From: Macrostomum lignano
Lineage: Eukaryota
DNA: 64,000 bases
Direction of reading: 5' to 3'
Assembly (NCBI GenBank): GCA_002269645.1
Contig: NIVC01003039.1
Span: 1-64,000, forward strand
Part shown: in pieces, positions 34,101 to 42,849 of the stretch
Layout: the number at the start of each line of letters is the position of its first letter
How positions within the stretch are numbered: position 1 is the first letter of the stretch
Position numbers and translations under genes: made by a program
The notes under the pieces: model-generated
Told to the model about the DNA's origin: nothing
Seen by the model: only the letters and a program-made list of their open reading frames with translations
Database searches by the model: none

Positions 34101-36443
34101 CATGGCACAGTTACCCAGCTATACAGCTAACTGTAAGAAATAAGCATTAAAATTTGTAGAAAACAAAACTAATTACCGCTGTTAAAACAGTTGAAACAAA
34201 AATCTCTAATTTTTGAAGAGTGCGTGTACATATTCATGGAAAAAAGTGATTAAAAAGAATTCAATCGATAATGGCTGACCTCAAATAATTATGCAGCTCA
34301 TTTAGACACAATAATAAAAGTTATAACTGACTGCATCCCCGTACTCTGAAATACAAAATAAATCAATATATAAAATCGCGCTTTTCGTGTCCGTACTACC
34401 CTACTGATCAAGTAGTTAGTAGTGTTGATGTCATTTTACTGTCTATTTTATATTCTCTCATTTGTCAGAAAGCAATATAAAGCAATGGAAAGGTACTACT
34501 TGAAAATCAAAAAGGTAGGTCAACTACGTGTATTCTGACCCAACTTAATTTTATTCTTTTGTCTTGCATAAATTTGACCGACAGATTTGGAGCACAGCTC
34601 TTGAGTAAAGCTTCCTAATTAATTGAAGTCTACTAGAGAGAGCAGAGCGCATATCTAGACAAGAATAACAGCAAAGCCACCTGCTTCTAGAGTCGCTTCA
34701 GTTCATTTTTATAGAAGCTCTGCCCTCTCACCAGCGTTTTTTATATAAAGAAAATATGAGAATGCAGCAGAATAAGAGAATGGCAAAGATGTCAAAGAGC
34801 TAGCACTGCTCTAAATAAGGACAATCCTGGCGCATAGCGGGACGGAGCTGTAAAAAGTTCAAAACTTATTAACTGCAGGTTGAACAATTTCCTATGCGTG
34901 AGAAACTCGTTTTTAGATTGAGATTCAATAAGCGCACTAGTGGGGGCTGACCGAGTGCTTACTGACCCGTTTTGCCTTCATTTGCGTAATAAAAAATTTG
35001 AGATAAAATATATGCCTTAATATGAATTATAAACTTCGACTAAGATTATATCTATCCTTTTATCTGAAATACATCTATCCCTTCACCAACGCTTCACCTG
35101 TCCCTTCACCAATCCTTCATCTGTCCCTTCATCAATCCTTCATCTGTCCCTTCACCAATCCTTCATCTGTCCCTTCACCAATCCTTCATCTGTCCCTTCA
35201 CCAATCCTTCATCTGTCCCTTCACCAATCCTTCATCTGTCCCTTCACCAATCCTTTATCTGTCCCTTCACCAATCCTTTATCTGTCCCTTCACCAATCCT
35301 TCATCTGTCCCTTCACCAATCCTTCATCTGTCCCTTCACCAATCCTTCATCTGTCCCTTCACCAATCCTTCATCTGTCCCTTCACCAATCCTTCATCTGT
35401 CCCTTCATCTGTCCCTTCACCAACCCTACATCTATCCCTTCATCTGTCCCTTCATCTATCCCTTCATCAATCCTTCATCTGTCCCTTCACCAATCCTTCA
35501 TCCGTCCCTTCATCTGTCCCTTCATCTGTCCCTTCATCTGTCCGTTCATCTGTCCCTTCACCAACCCTACATCTATCCCTACATCTATCCCTTCATCTGT
35601 CCCTTCATCTGTCCCTTCACCAATCCTACATCTGGCCCTTCACTAACCCTACATACATCCCATTCACCAATTCTAAACGTATCTCTTCACCACCCTACAC
35701 CTATCCCTTCATCCTCACTACCCAGAATCTCTCACCAGCGCGTTAAGCGTCCTCTGCGCCGATTCCCATTCGCCGTCGCCATCTTCGTCGGCAGCGTCCA
35801 CCGCGGCAGCGAGATGCCGACGCAGGGCACCCAGCTCGCCGGCCAGCGCCGCCTCGCGACCCTCCAGGCTCTGCCCGGCGCCCAGCCGGTCTCTCAGCTC
35901 GCGATTGGCGTACCTGGCCGCTTTCAGCTCTTTCTGCAGCCGGTTGACCAGCTCGGCGTTGCTGCCGGCCTTCTGCAGCAGCTGCTGCTGCTGGCGGAGC
36001 TCAGTCGACTCGGCCTGGGCAGCTCGCCTGAGCGCCCGCTCGGAGTCCAGCCGGGCCATCAGGCGGTCCAGAACTCGGCGCACCTCGGCCGGATTCGCAA
36101 CCCGATCCGGCGAAGCTCGCACCGCCGCCGCTGCGGCTGCCGTTGTGGTCGAAGACGCCGCCGAATAGGCCGACCGTTGGCTTCGCTCCGACGGCGAGCG
36201 TCGCTGCTGCTGCTGCTGATTTTGGCTTCGCCGACGCGCCGACGAAGCCGATGGGCGTCTTCGCGAGTCCTTCTCGGAGTCGGCGTCTTCGTCTTCGACA
36301 TCGTCTGCGTTGTCGACATCCTCGAGTTCGGTGTCGCTGTCTCGGTGGTCTGTGCGATCATTCGACCGGCTGGATGGGTGGCCGGCTCGCCGATGCGGCT
36401 GCTGCTGCGGAGGCTGAGGCTGGCGATAAGCTCCGAGCTCCAT
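1..36443 (-). CDS. RIMBP2: RIM-binding protein (RIMBP2/TSPOAP1/Drosophila Rbp-like) gene model, 3'-incomplete (runs off left edge)
   Basis: Hand-spliced exons in transcript order: 36443-35736, 31571-31464, 30291-30169, 29466-29332, 28575-28480, 26514-26374, 24824-24741, 23483-23394, 23250-23128, 22489-22385, 17767-17554, (16591-16481), 15335-15088, 12343-12209, 10453-10378, 8453-7984, 6969-6811, 6518-6075, 5346-4756, 1600-1516, 72-1. All junctions are GT-AG with consistent phases. Domain order coiled coil - SH3 - FN3x3 and motifs [50 protein letters not shown] match the RIMBP family as recalled. Confidence 0.9.
175..505 (+). repeat. 21-bp minisatellite CAT(A/T)TGACTCCATGTCCCTGT
   Basis: About 16 tandem copies. 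Confidence 0.95.
505..1460 (+). repeat. 24-bp minisatellite CTAATCCCTGTCACTCTGATCTC(A/C)
   Basis: About 39 copies; shares CCCTGTCA with the adjacent 21-mer array. Confidence 0.95.
1516..1600 (-). CDS. RIMBP2: RIMBP exon of the read-through (full-length) isoform
   Basis: TTTTTTTATTCCAG|[28 protein letters not shown]|GTGAGT; phase 0-1. Confidence 0.72.
1782..1787 (-). terminator. Polyadenylation signal AATAAA of the alternative terminal exon
   Basis: TTTATT on the + strand, 53 nt 3' of the TGA, followed on the - strand by a GT/T-rich tract (GTGTGGCGTTGGTTGGCTTGT). Confidence 0.5.
1840..4035 (-). CDS. Putative alternative terminal exon of RIMBP: 731-aa unrecognised repeat domain, EAAAA/GAE linker and 11-mer amphipathic tail
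   Basis: Acceptor CCCCTTATGTCAG|GCC at 4035, phase 0, matching the donor at 4756; open for 732 codons to TGA at 1840-1842; AATAAA 53 nt downstream; repeats conserved at protein but not DNA level. Confidence 0.72.
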   Translation of the reverse strand, partial: AQTNEFGILVDPSTGQPLRTLSGEFRSPPDGAPILCRIATRTPDGRLVPESNGYNNSTTFGDATSVNANGVLIDENGVPIRGQSGEFFSSNGQPVYGPRGPDGELLGDPPPAVNWFGVLANPDTGLALARPDGTLIDSDGRPIACRPVPDGAAPLDAFPDAAANSHGILTFGSVPLRGSRGEFFAAGGRPALGGLRHPDDGRLLACKPDDPPPKLNYFGVLVSGTDNRPLSGPTGRELLDATAAEIACRRVDSPDEVADAVANEFNVLADSRGLPLRGLNGEFYGAPDGAVVYGRRLPNGQLVDDEAQQPNYYDVLSEPGPDGQLLDPSGRPIDCRRARLDASTGRLLNASTGTPLPTGGVNDNGVLLDESGRPVRGPSGEFFDSECRPVHGVRRPDGSLVSPAEPNELGVLTSSDTGQPVLGPSGELLDAGGRPLACRKVCLADEQQLVDADSQAVIDSAERRENEFGLLVDASTGAPLRDAQGHYFDARCRPVCGAPRDPANGQLLASECGWRVNEFGVLEDKSTGQVVRGPGGELLDEFGRTVDEAAEGRQRGPRGEPLPTPEEEAAVAAEAAAAEAAAAEAAAAEAAAAEAAAAEGAEGAEGAEGAEGAEGAEGVEGAEGDPNDPEDSSFLGRLKKGFHEFQEKVEEIADETGEKIREANEENRKKFEAFNEENKKKFAAFNEDTKKKFDAFGGDTKKRFEAFGEGTASMFKKLDPKNLAGGGEGSS
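4190..4535 (+). repeat. 71-bp tandem repeat (GGGTAGGAGTTGGGGTGGGTG...)
   Basis: About 5 copies, starts at 4201, 4272, 4343. Confidence 0.85.
4756..5346 (-). CDS. RIMBP2: RIMBP Gln/His-rich disordered exon after FN3-3
   Basis: 591 nt open ([13 protein letters not shown]...SRNPR); acceptor ACAG|CAG, donor AGG|GTAACG; phase 0-0. Confidence 0.75.
5860..6060 (+). repeat. ~43-bp tandem repeat (TTCGATACATATCGGAAAGTGTGG...)
   Basis: 4-5 diverged copies directly after the FN3-3 exon donor. Confidence 0.8.
6075..6518 (-). CDS. RIMBP2: RIMBP end of FN3-2 and FN3 domain 3
   Basis: VCVRARP...[15 protein letters not shown]...LLVTWLP...[15 protein letters not shown]...LTVRT...ESLDS; donor GAT|GTAAGT; phase 0-0. 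Confidence 0.92.
6811..6969 (-). CDS. RIMBP2: RIMBP FN3 domain 2
   Basis: [53 protein letters not shown]; phase 0-0. Confidence 0.88.
7060..7765 (+). repeat. Compound minisatellite (CAGAGTCTCCAAGGGCTG / ...CAAGGCTGACGGGCTGT)
   Basis: Short monomer on the left grading into a longer monomer on the right. Confidence 0.92.
7984..8453 (-). CDS. RIMBP2: RIMBP FN3 domain 1
   Basis: ...[22 protein letters not shown]...YHVYVDGK...KTKALIEG...RICVRSVT...CTLLTGKD...APTYLQ; phase 1-0. Confidence 0.92.
8520..8960 (+). repeat. ~65-bp G-rich tandem repeat (GGGGTGGGTGCGCGCATAGAGTGG...)
   Basis: About 7 diverged copies. Confidence 0.85.
10378..10453 (-). CDS. RIMBP2: RIMBP SH3 domain 1, second half
   Basis: [25 protein letters not shown] (SH3 GxxPxNY motif); donor GTGAGT; phase 0-1. 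Confidence 0.92.
10590..11530 (+). repeat. 34-bp minisatellite ACCTCTGGGATCTG(G/A)GACTATTTGAGTCTTAA(G/T)T
   Basis: About 27 copies. Confidence 0.95.
12209..12343 (-). CDS. RIMBP2: RIMBP SH3 domain 1, first half
   Basis: [45 protein letters not shown]; phase 0-0. Confidence 0.92.
12670..13350 (+). repeat. ~30-bp purine-rich minisatellite GAGACTAGACACTGTGAGGG...
   Basis: About 22 copies. Confidence 0.9.
14385..14790 (+). repeat. (GATA)n microsatellite
   Basis: About 100 units with interruptions. Confidence 0.97.
15088..15335 (-). CDS. RIMBP2: RIMBP His/Pro/Ser-rich linker exon
   Basis: [18 protein letters not shown]...LQSYPK; TTTCCGCAG / GTGAGT; phase 1-0. Confidence 0.78.
15370..15880 (+). 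repeat. 41-bp minisatellite GTGTGTACATTGGGCAGAGGTTACAGAGGTTGGTGGGGAGT
   Basis: About 12 copies. Confidence 0.93.
16481..16591 (-). CDS. RIMBP2: Probable RIMBP cassette exon (phase 1-1)
   Basis: Pyrimidine-rich acceptor CCCCCTGCTCGCAG and donor GTAAAC; 111 nt open ([36 protein letters not shown]); GC-rich island in the intron; no homology support. Confidence 0.5.
16670..17415 (+). repeat. (TCTG)n-derived minisatellite with CAGCCTGTGTGG spacer
   Basis: 24-32-bp units. Confidence 0.92.
17554..17767 (-). CDS. RIMBP2: RIMBP exon, end of coiled coil
   Basis: [36 protein letters not shown]...; donor GTAAGC, phase 0-1. Confidence 0.82.
17770..18700 (+). repeat. 34-bp minisatellite GAGATTAGATACCATGGAGAGATGAGATAAATAT
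   Basis: About 27 diverged copies abutting a RIMBP splice acceptor. Confidence 0.9.
19500..19912 (+). repeat. (CAGA)n microsatellite
   Basis: About 100 units. Confidence 0.97.
21155..21575 (+). repeat. Polypyrimidine low-complexity repeat (CCCTGCCTC/CCCTCC)
   Basis: C/T-only apart from single G; G-rich on the RIMBP sense strand. Confidence 0.9.
22385..22489 (-). CDS. RIMBP2: RIMBP coiled-coil exon
   Basis: [35 protein letters not shown]; TTTTTAG acceptor; donor AAG|GTAGCC is the best guess. Confidence 0.75.
22490..22758 (+). repeat. 43-bp minisatellite GCTAAAAATATAATTTTAAATGGTGACTCATTATATAATGGTA
   Basis: About 6 copies; the monomer includes the RIMBP splice acceptor. Confidence 0.92.
23128..23250 (-). 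CDS. RIMBP2: RIMBP coiled-coil exon
   Basis: [41 protein letters not shown]; donor GTGAGT; 123 nt, phase 0-0. Confidence 0.8.
23394..23483 (-). CDS. RIMBP2: RIMBP coiled-coil exon
   Basis: [30 protein letters not shown]; TTTTCAG / GTATTT; 90 nt, phase 0-0. Confidence 0.8.
23640..24650 (+). repeat. ~39-bp minisatellite GGGGATAACTGAAGGGGATAATATCCCATGAATCATTTTT
   Basis: About 26 copies, two alternating variants. Confidence 0.93.
24741..24824 (-). CDS. RIMBP2: RIMBP coiled-coil exon
   Basis: [28 protein letters not shown]; CTTCTCTTCTTCAG acceptor; 84 nt, phase 0-0. Confidence 0.75.
24930..25108 (+). repeat. (CAGA)n microsatellite
   Basis: About 44 units. Confidence 0.95.
25450..26160 (+). repeat. 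22-bp minisatellite ATCCTAGATAT(A/C)TATTCTCTC(C/T)
   Basis: About 32 copies. Confidence 0.93.
26374..26514 (-). CDS. RIMBP2: RIMBP coiled-coil exon
   Basis: [47 protein letters not shown]; donor GTGAGT; 141 nt, phase 0-0 (acceptor weaker). Confidence 0.78.
27630..28390 (+). repeat. 45-bp minisatellite TAGTGGCAAATGTATCTCAAAATGAAAATGGCACTCGCCAATATC
   Basis: About 16 copies. Confidence 0.95.
28480..28575 (-). CDS. RIMBP2: RIMBP coiled-coil exon
   Basis: [32 protein letters not shown]; TTTCAG / GTGAGT; 96 nt, phase 0-0. Confidence 0.82.
28770..29080 (+). repeat. Degenerate ~21-bp A-rich repeat (CTTAAAGGGAGAGAAATACCC)
   Basis: Several imperfect copies. Confidence 0.7.
29332..29466 (-). CDS. 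RIMBP2: RIMBP coiled-coil exon
   Basis: [45 protein letters not shown]; TTTTCAG / GTAAGG; 135 nt, phase 0-0. Confidence 0.85.
29700..30120 (+). repeat. AT-rich minisatellite (TTCTTAGAAATCTCACTTTAAATAGAGAAAGA)
   Basis: Compound units with a ~55-bp period. Confidence 0.88.
30169..30291 (-). CDS. RIMBP2: RIMBP coiled-coil exon with family motif
   Basis: [41 protein letters not shown], resembling the TSPOAP1/RIMBP3 N-terminal NAELAxIAxRLEE motif; 123 nt, phase 0-0. Confidence 0.88.
30400..31340 (+). repeat. Degenerate minisatellite (GGGACTATAAGATGAGACTAGAT and variants)
   Basis: ~23-bp units on the right, 10-bp GATTGAGATG-derived units on the left. Confidence 0.88.
31464..31571 (-). CDS. RIMBP2: RIMBP coiled-coil exon
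   Basis: TTCAG|[36 protein letters not shown]|GTGAGG; 108 nt, phase 0-0. Confidence 0.8.
32010..32400 (+). repeat. 29-bp minisatellite CTGAGATGTCAAGGCTGACGGGGGAATTG
   Basis: About 13 copies; inverted relatives at 44395-44520. Confidence 0.93.
33160..33555 (+). repeat. 34-bp minisatellite CTGCACCTGACATAAGCGCCTACCTTTCAGCTGA
   Basis: About 11 copies. Confidence 0.95.
35070..35710 (+). repeat. 23-bp minisatellite CCTTCATCTGTCCCTTCACCAAT
   Basis: About 25 copies, degenerating to the right. Confidence 0.92.
35736..36443 (-). CDS. RIMBP2: RIMBP first coding exon (low-complexity acidic/Ser-Arg N-terminus, start of coiled coil)
   Basis: ORF 35718..36443 (MELGAYRQ...TLNAL); donor CTG|GTGAGA at 35735, phase 0; acceptor CTGCAG 10 nt upstream of the ATG (exon starts 36453). 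Confidence 0.75.
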
Positions 36444-36569
36444 CGTGCTGAGTCTGCAGCAAAGATTTGTTTTAAATATAAATATACATATACATACATA
36501 TATGATTGGCCCCTATAATTAATATGAATGAATATGATTGAAACAAAAAAACTTTACTTATTAGATGAC

Positions 36570-36650
36570 AAGTAGAGTAGAGTAGAGTAGAGTAAATTAG
36601 AGTAAGTAGATTAGAGTAGAGTAAGTAGAGTAGAGTAGAATAAGTAGAGT
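36570..36650 (+). repeat. (AGAGT)n microsatellite
   Basis: About 15 units. Confidence 0.85.
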
Positions 36651-37919
36651 TCCGCTGTAGCCAAAATTTTTGCATATCTATATCCATATCTGTATCTCGG
36701 ATGCTTGAGTCCAAAGCCCAAAAAGGGACTTTCTTTAGAGCTCCTAATGGCTCCCATCGTATTGAAAATAAAATTATTCAACTTAACTTCAGTCTCTACC
36801 ATCTCTATCACACAATGTGCACATGGCGTCAAAAATCTCATCTACAACCCTCGGGACTTTAATTCGTTCATTTCCACTACAGTCTACCATCCCCATAAAG
36901 TCAAGGGCTCCTGGTCTTCCTAAAAACCTCTATATCTATAATTTTATGTTAGCTACAGAACTCAAAGTGCTAGCCCAATTAACTATTTAATGGAGAACTT
37001 AAAGGATCTCTGTAAATTAATTGTCTACAGTCAGTTTCACACAATTACTTAAATAAAACCTACTAATAAAAAAATACCAAAATAAATTTAAAATATTTGA
37101 GAGAAGCTTTAAAGAGTAGTATATTTCCCAGTACTATAAAAAATAATTATAGTATACATTGATTGATATTTATAAAAATCAAAAAATTAAAATATTACAT
37201 TATTTATAGCTTACTAGCTAGTTAATTTTATATAGGCTCCTATATATTGCCATACAATAGGACAAATTTTCCATAAAATCATAATTAGTAGAATAAGTTT
37301 GGCACTTTTTTAGTTGTACAGTATAGCTATCTATTAGCAATGAAAAAACAGACTAAAAGTAAGCATGTCACAAGCATCCAAACAAGCACTTGATTTAATT
37401 TGAAATCAGTCAAGTAGGTAAGGAGATTATACGAGCTAAATATAAAATCATCCTTCCCATCTATAATTTGATATTCATTTAGAAATGCAAACTTTAAATT
37501 TAGTACATAGGAGGCAAATCCAAGAAATCAATCTTAAATGATCAAATATACTATTGGGCTATACTATAATGGTATGGAAGGGATGGTAGGGATTAATGTG
37601 AAGATGAATAATTTCACTTTCAATGTGAGAGAGCTCTTAAGTCCCTAGGGTTGGGGACTAAAGCAACAGAGATATTTGATACCACATGTACATTGTGGTT
37701 GGCATAATAGGGGACAAGGTAAAAATGAATAAGAATAAAACAAATGAAGAAGCCACAGCCACCTAGCATTTGCCACCATCAAAGAAGGCTTGACTGTAAA
37801 CAATTGAGGCCTTTGCTGCCAAATCTTCTTACAAACCAACTGACAAGCAGGCTATCACTCTCACAGAAGATCTCAGTAAGCATTGGAGATTTTGTTACTT
37901 AAGCTACTTAAACAATACA

Positions 37920-38250
37920 AAAAGAGATATAAGAGAGGAGAGGAAAGAGAGTAGAGAAAAGGTGAGAAGAGAGGGGAGAGAGAAGGGAAGAGAGAAGAGG
38001 TGAGAGGAGAGAAGAGAGGGGAGAGAAAAAGAAAGAGGAGAGAAGGGAGAGAGGGTAGAGGGGAGAGAAGAGGAGAGAAGGGAGAGTAAAAGAAAGAGAG
38101 GAGAAAGGAGAGAGGAGAGAAGAGAGGAGAGGAGAGGGGAGAGAAGAGAGAGGGGAGAAAGGAGAGGGGAGAGAAGAAAGGGGAAAAGGGGAGAGAGGAA
38201 AAAGAACAGAGGGGAGAGGGGAGAGAGGAGAGAGGGAAGAAAGGAGAGAT
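37920..38250 (+). repeat. GA-rich polypurine tract
   Basis: About 330 nt, almost exclusively A/G. Confidence 0.9.
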
Positions 38251-40249
38251 AAGAGTTTGTTTTAACCACATTAGTTACATGTATATAACTTTGTTTAGTC
38301 CATTCTATAAAAGATGAAATTGCTCCACTTACAATAGATGAACTAATAGATTTAATCTCTACATAAAAAATGATATATTATATAAATATTTTTAGGATAA
38401 GAATAGGTTCAAGTTCAACAATATAGTATTTCAATGTTTTGTGACTAGTATCCAAGTATAACTGAATTTTAAATATCATCAGCAATAATAAAAAAGTGGC
38501 ATAGTAGAATACATTTTTGGGAACAACCTAATTATCTATGCACTATCTATTTACTCATATGTATTTCTATCCATTGTTTCTATGCCTGGGTAAAACATAT
38601 CATATAGAAAATTGGAATCAAACATTCAAAAATACAAATTAGATAAACAAATAATTTGTGCCATGATAATGCACTAAATGCATGTGCACCAGAATTTTCT
38701 GTGGCAAAGGCCATTTTCCTGACTATAGATCATCATTAAATATATTATTTATTTTATCTTTTAAAAAGTTATTATTATTAGTATATAAAAAATAAATGGC
38801 ATAAAAATTGATGCTTTTCAATCTTGGTATACTGACATTATGTGAAATGCTAACATTTGACTTAATAACTTTGGCATTCTATGCCAGCTTCAGTAGGCCT
38901 TTTTATTTCAAATAAAACTTATAAATTTTCAAAAGAGCCAAGTAATATCCAATATAGTATTAGCTATAGCATAGTATCTATTATGCTCATTGATGCAACC
39001 AGAAAATTTTGATGAGGGATAGATTCAGGGGGTAAAGATCCAAAGGAGGCAGCAAAAAAAACTGGGGACACCCCTTTAATTTGGCCAAAATTCATTTGGT
39101 CCTCCCTTTTATTTCTTTTTCGGTCTTAATCAAAAGAGGGCAACCACCACTTACCCCCCACTTAGGTGCACCCTGATTATGCCTACTGTATCAAATTGCA
39201 TTCAGTATTTTAATAAATTTATCAAATAATTTATTTTTAAGAGAAATGTCCAGATATATATAGGTACATACCTAAAAAATCATTTTCACAAAAAAATTGG
39301 CAGTCTTTATCTCCAATAAACTGACTTAACATTGCTTTATATATAGAATATAGCTGCAAATTAATATATCAATAAATTAGGCCTAATGAGATTTGGTTTA
39401 TTGCTTCAAGAACAAAACAGATTAGACAGATTTTGTTTAGTATTAACAAAAAGAAATCAAGTTAACGAAATAGACATGGGAGTAGCCAAATACAAAATGC
39501 GTAAATATATGCACATTTTACAAGTATAAAGGTACTGCGTAGAGGTCTATTACGACCTAGGAATTGAAACATATTAACTATTGCAATTATATCTTCCTTG
39601 ACCTTGAGTCCTTGACAAGAGAAGCTGCGTAGAAAACTGAAATATATCAGCAATTAAAACCTTTGATCAACACAATCCAAACTACAGTAACACGTCAGAA
39701 ACAGAAAGTCATCAAAAGAGTTAAGAAAGAGTTCGACTGTAGTAGTGAGACCAAATGAGTGAAACATGAGCCCACAGACACACGCGCATTGATCAGATCA
39801 TTGCCAAAAAGAAATAAGTTAAATACATTGCTAATGTAATCATTTTTTATAATTTGTACTGCAAGTAAAAATTGTTTTTATATTTTCAAAAATATATATT
39901 TCACATTTAAGCTTTTTTGACTAAAATTTGTATTGCTTCAAAAAGAAACCTGATATTACTTTTGTTAATAAACATTCATGGCTGGTAAATTGTATTACAA
40001 TGCTCACAGATAGGCTCGTTCTCGTGCATCGAGTGTTTCTTGAGCGTCAGTTTATGTTGGTAAATTCAAAAGTAATGTTTATGTATCTTGCTATAACTTT
40101 TAGAAAGCTGATGATACAAGTAAATTAATTTTCACCTGCGATATTGTTCCATAGCAAAATATTTCAATGTAAATCAATCTACATGTATACATGCACGTAA
40201 ACGTACCTATTGCATGTACATGTATACTACACTTATGTAGCTTATCGAG

Positions 40250-41575
40250 TTTGATGAAATTAAGGTCTCTCGGTATAAGACCATGAACTCTCTAGTGTCC
40301 TCGTCGAAACTGGACGTATGGGCTAACCGCGGCGGGACTCGGCATGAAAATGACCATGCAGGTTGGCCGGCCGTCGCCCTCCGTGACCACGAAGGTGTGG
40401 CGCATTGGCGATCGTGCCCTGGTCGCAGAACCGTCGGTGTAGACTGTCCAGGCCGGTGGGGACAGCGAGGCAACGAGCTCCCGGATGCGGTCGGTGGCAG
40501 CGCTGCGGATGAAGTTCCGGTTCGATGGGCGTGGCGGACGTTTTCAATAGGTTGAGGTAAAAACTGCGTCAGCCTCCCGGAAGGCTGAGAGGGGGTAGGT
40601 TCGCTTGGCGGAAAGAAAGGTTGACGATGGTTGACGTTTGTTCGGCAGGACTTTGCATTAGCTTTAGAAGCCGCGGGAGCCGCCAGTTGGGGGCGGACAA
40701 GGTGGTGTATATGGTGGTCCCAGAGGCGGCGCGACGCGGCGGGTGGTCGTCGGAAAGCCGAAACGCTTTCTCCCACGACCGCGCCTGGCGTGCATGCCGT
40801 AGCTGACGACACTGGCCTCCAGCCGGAGAGTCTCGACCGGCGTGTCTGCAGTTGGCCGGTGGTGCGGACGAGGGCGCGGTTCTGGGTGCGCTCCAGCTCG
40901 TCGCGGTGTGATTCACTGATCCACGGCTTCCAGGCCGGCACGAAATTCCATCACTGATTTGATGAGCGCATTGAAGACGTGCAGCGCCAGCCCAAGTCCT
41001 GATTGGCGAGGGCGGCCAGCAATGTTGCAGCACTCAACGTCTTTTGTCGAGGATGACGCCAAGAAAGCGTGGGTTGGGATCCACAGACAGGGGCGTGCCC
41101 TCGAGCAGGATCTGAGGCTGGAGACAAGGCTTTGCTAGTATCGTACTAGTGAACAGAGCGATGACGCTCTTCGAAGGTTCAGGATCCCTGGCTACCGAGT
41201 CGAGGCCCTCCTAGAGAGATTAGGTAGCCGCTGCCACAGAGCTGTTCTGGACCCGCGGATGGCGAGGTCGTCAGTGTAGAGGGTCGGGGCGGCTCTAGGC
41301 GGGCAGACCCGCCCCACGCCGTTGATGAATTCAGCAGAAAAAGGAACAGGCGAGCACTGAACCTTAATTGCGGCAGGCCCCGGCGAAGCGGCTGCGGACG
41401 GCTCAGGGCGCCGTTGATGCAGGTTGACCGTGGTCACGATAGCAGCCTCTTCGTGGCGACCCGTACCCATCCCCTGGATGGGAGACGAATATGCTACCCG
41501 TACAGGCCTCCACGATAGACCGCAGTCCTGGGGCTTGTCGGAGGCCTTTCCGTTGTCGATTCCAGTTTCCATCTA
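40250..41575 (-). mobile_element. Decayed non-LTR retrotransposon (I/Ingi-like) reverse transcriptase fragment
   Basis: Frameshifted RT motifs GLPQ..GSVL..LF..FIN, LYTDDLAI, PNPRFLGVILDKR, followed by PAWKPWIS...LERTQNRAL..TG; stops and frameshifts throughout. Confidence 0.8.
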
Positions 41576-41769
41576 AATATACTAAATCTCTAATCTATAT
41601 ACTAAAAATAGTTTGTCGGTATTAGGTATCTATATCTATCTACATGTATCTAGATATCTACATTTTTAGTATATGGGATGTGATCGATTTCAGAAATTGA
41701 TTCTAAAAACTAAAACCAGTCAGTACGCGAACGATCTGGCCATCTGAGTCAGCTCAAGCCCAAGGTACT

Positions 41770-42100
41770 TGCATAGCGGAGCATCTTCAGAAATACACAG
41801 GGGTCCTCTAGCCCTGGCTAATTGGCAGGTACATGTATGGCATCACGGCGAACGTCAAGAAAAGCTAGGCTGTCAAATTCTACGACAGATAGTGCAGGTT
41901 AGAGCCCGGACTGGACCCCCAGCCCTCAAACTCAACGGCGAGGAAATTCCTTACAGAGAGACTGTCACACGTTCTTAGGCGATTGATAGGAAGCTTAGCC
42001 TCGTCCCCGAAACCCGCTGGCAGATCTCCAGCCATCCGCCATATGCTAAATATGCCCGCAGCCGCATCTGTCTGTGGCCAGCACCAGCGGCACCCTGCCA
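41770..42100 (+). mobile_element. Short decayed LINE RT fragment, opposite orientation
   Basis: LKLNGEEIPYRETVT followed, across a frameshift, by FLG..IDRKLS (RT domain-7-like). Confidence 0.45.
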
Positions 42101-42249
42101 CTCACTCTGAAAAAAACCCACTGTTAATTGCAGAGCAGCCATCAAAGAAACAGAACCCGTTTTACACACACAAGCTCATTAGTGAATGAATTTTGCGCAA
42201 TTGAGTTGCAGTAATGACCAGATGAGCAATGACCAGTTAAACAAAGACT

Positions 42250-42780
42250 GTGACTGCTAACTGGTTAAGTTAACCAGTAGGTGCAGCGCAGCTCAGGCTT
42301 CACATGAACTCCCATGCACAGAATTTCTCAGACGAGCTTGCACTCTTCTGCCTCGGTGCAGTTCTTCCAATTCACCAGCCTGAGGTCAGCGGCAGGTCAC
42401 TGTCAGTTGCTTGCAATCTCCTTCTGTGCCTCTGCATTCACCAGCTGTACAAAATGGCGATCATCTCATCATGTGATGAGCAAAATCACAAAGAAGTCAA
42501 CGGCCTCAGAATCCTCTGGAATTTCAATCCACGGGTTGACACCAGGAGTTGTCGTGAGATGCCGGCGCAGGGAGTCAGACATTGCGGTCACAATCGACTT
42601 CTTCCCATTCTTCCCCTTCTGCTTGCTCTTCCTGTACTTCGACTTGTAGGCCTTCTTCTGCGTTCGACGCGTCAGCGGTAACAAATGATTCATTGTCATC
42701 ATCATTGCACTGTCAGCTGCCTTGGATAGCTCACTCTCCGACTCGCTCATGTCCAATCAAGACGATGGAGAGCTTCAGCA
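42250..42780 (-). mobile_element. piggyBac (PGBD4-like) transposase N-terminal remnant
   Basis: Acidic SESESEL start and basic tract, then across frameshifts AVDFF..DEMIAIL-VQLVNAEA and NWKNCTEAE...ILCMGVHVKPELR..YW, matching the piggyBac F..F.DE....IV..TN.YA / W...T..E...MG....P.L..YW pattern. Confidence 0.6.
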
Positions 42781-42849
42781 GCAGCTGTACGCCGTCGGAC
42801 TTGCTGCTGGGCCATGGTCAGTTGCTACGGCTCCTGCTGCTGCGGCTGC

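Noticed and set aside
35022-36518. 498-aa plus-strand ORF
   Set aside because: A 23-bp minisatellite fused to the antisense of the RIMBP first coding exon.
39010-39180. Possible small MITE
   Set aside because: Only a few bases of terminal inversion and no TSD found.
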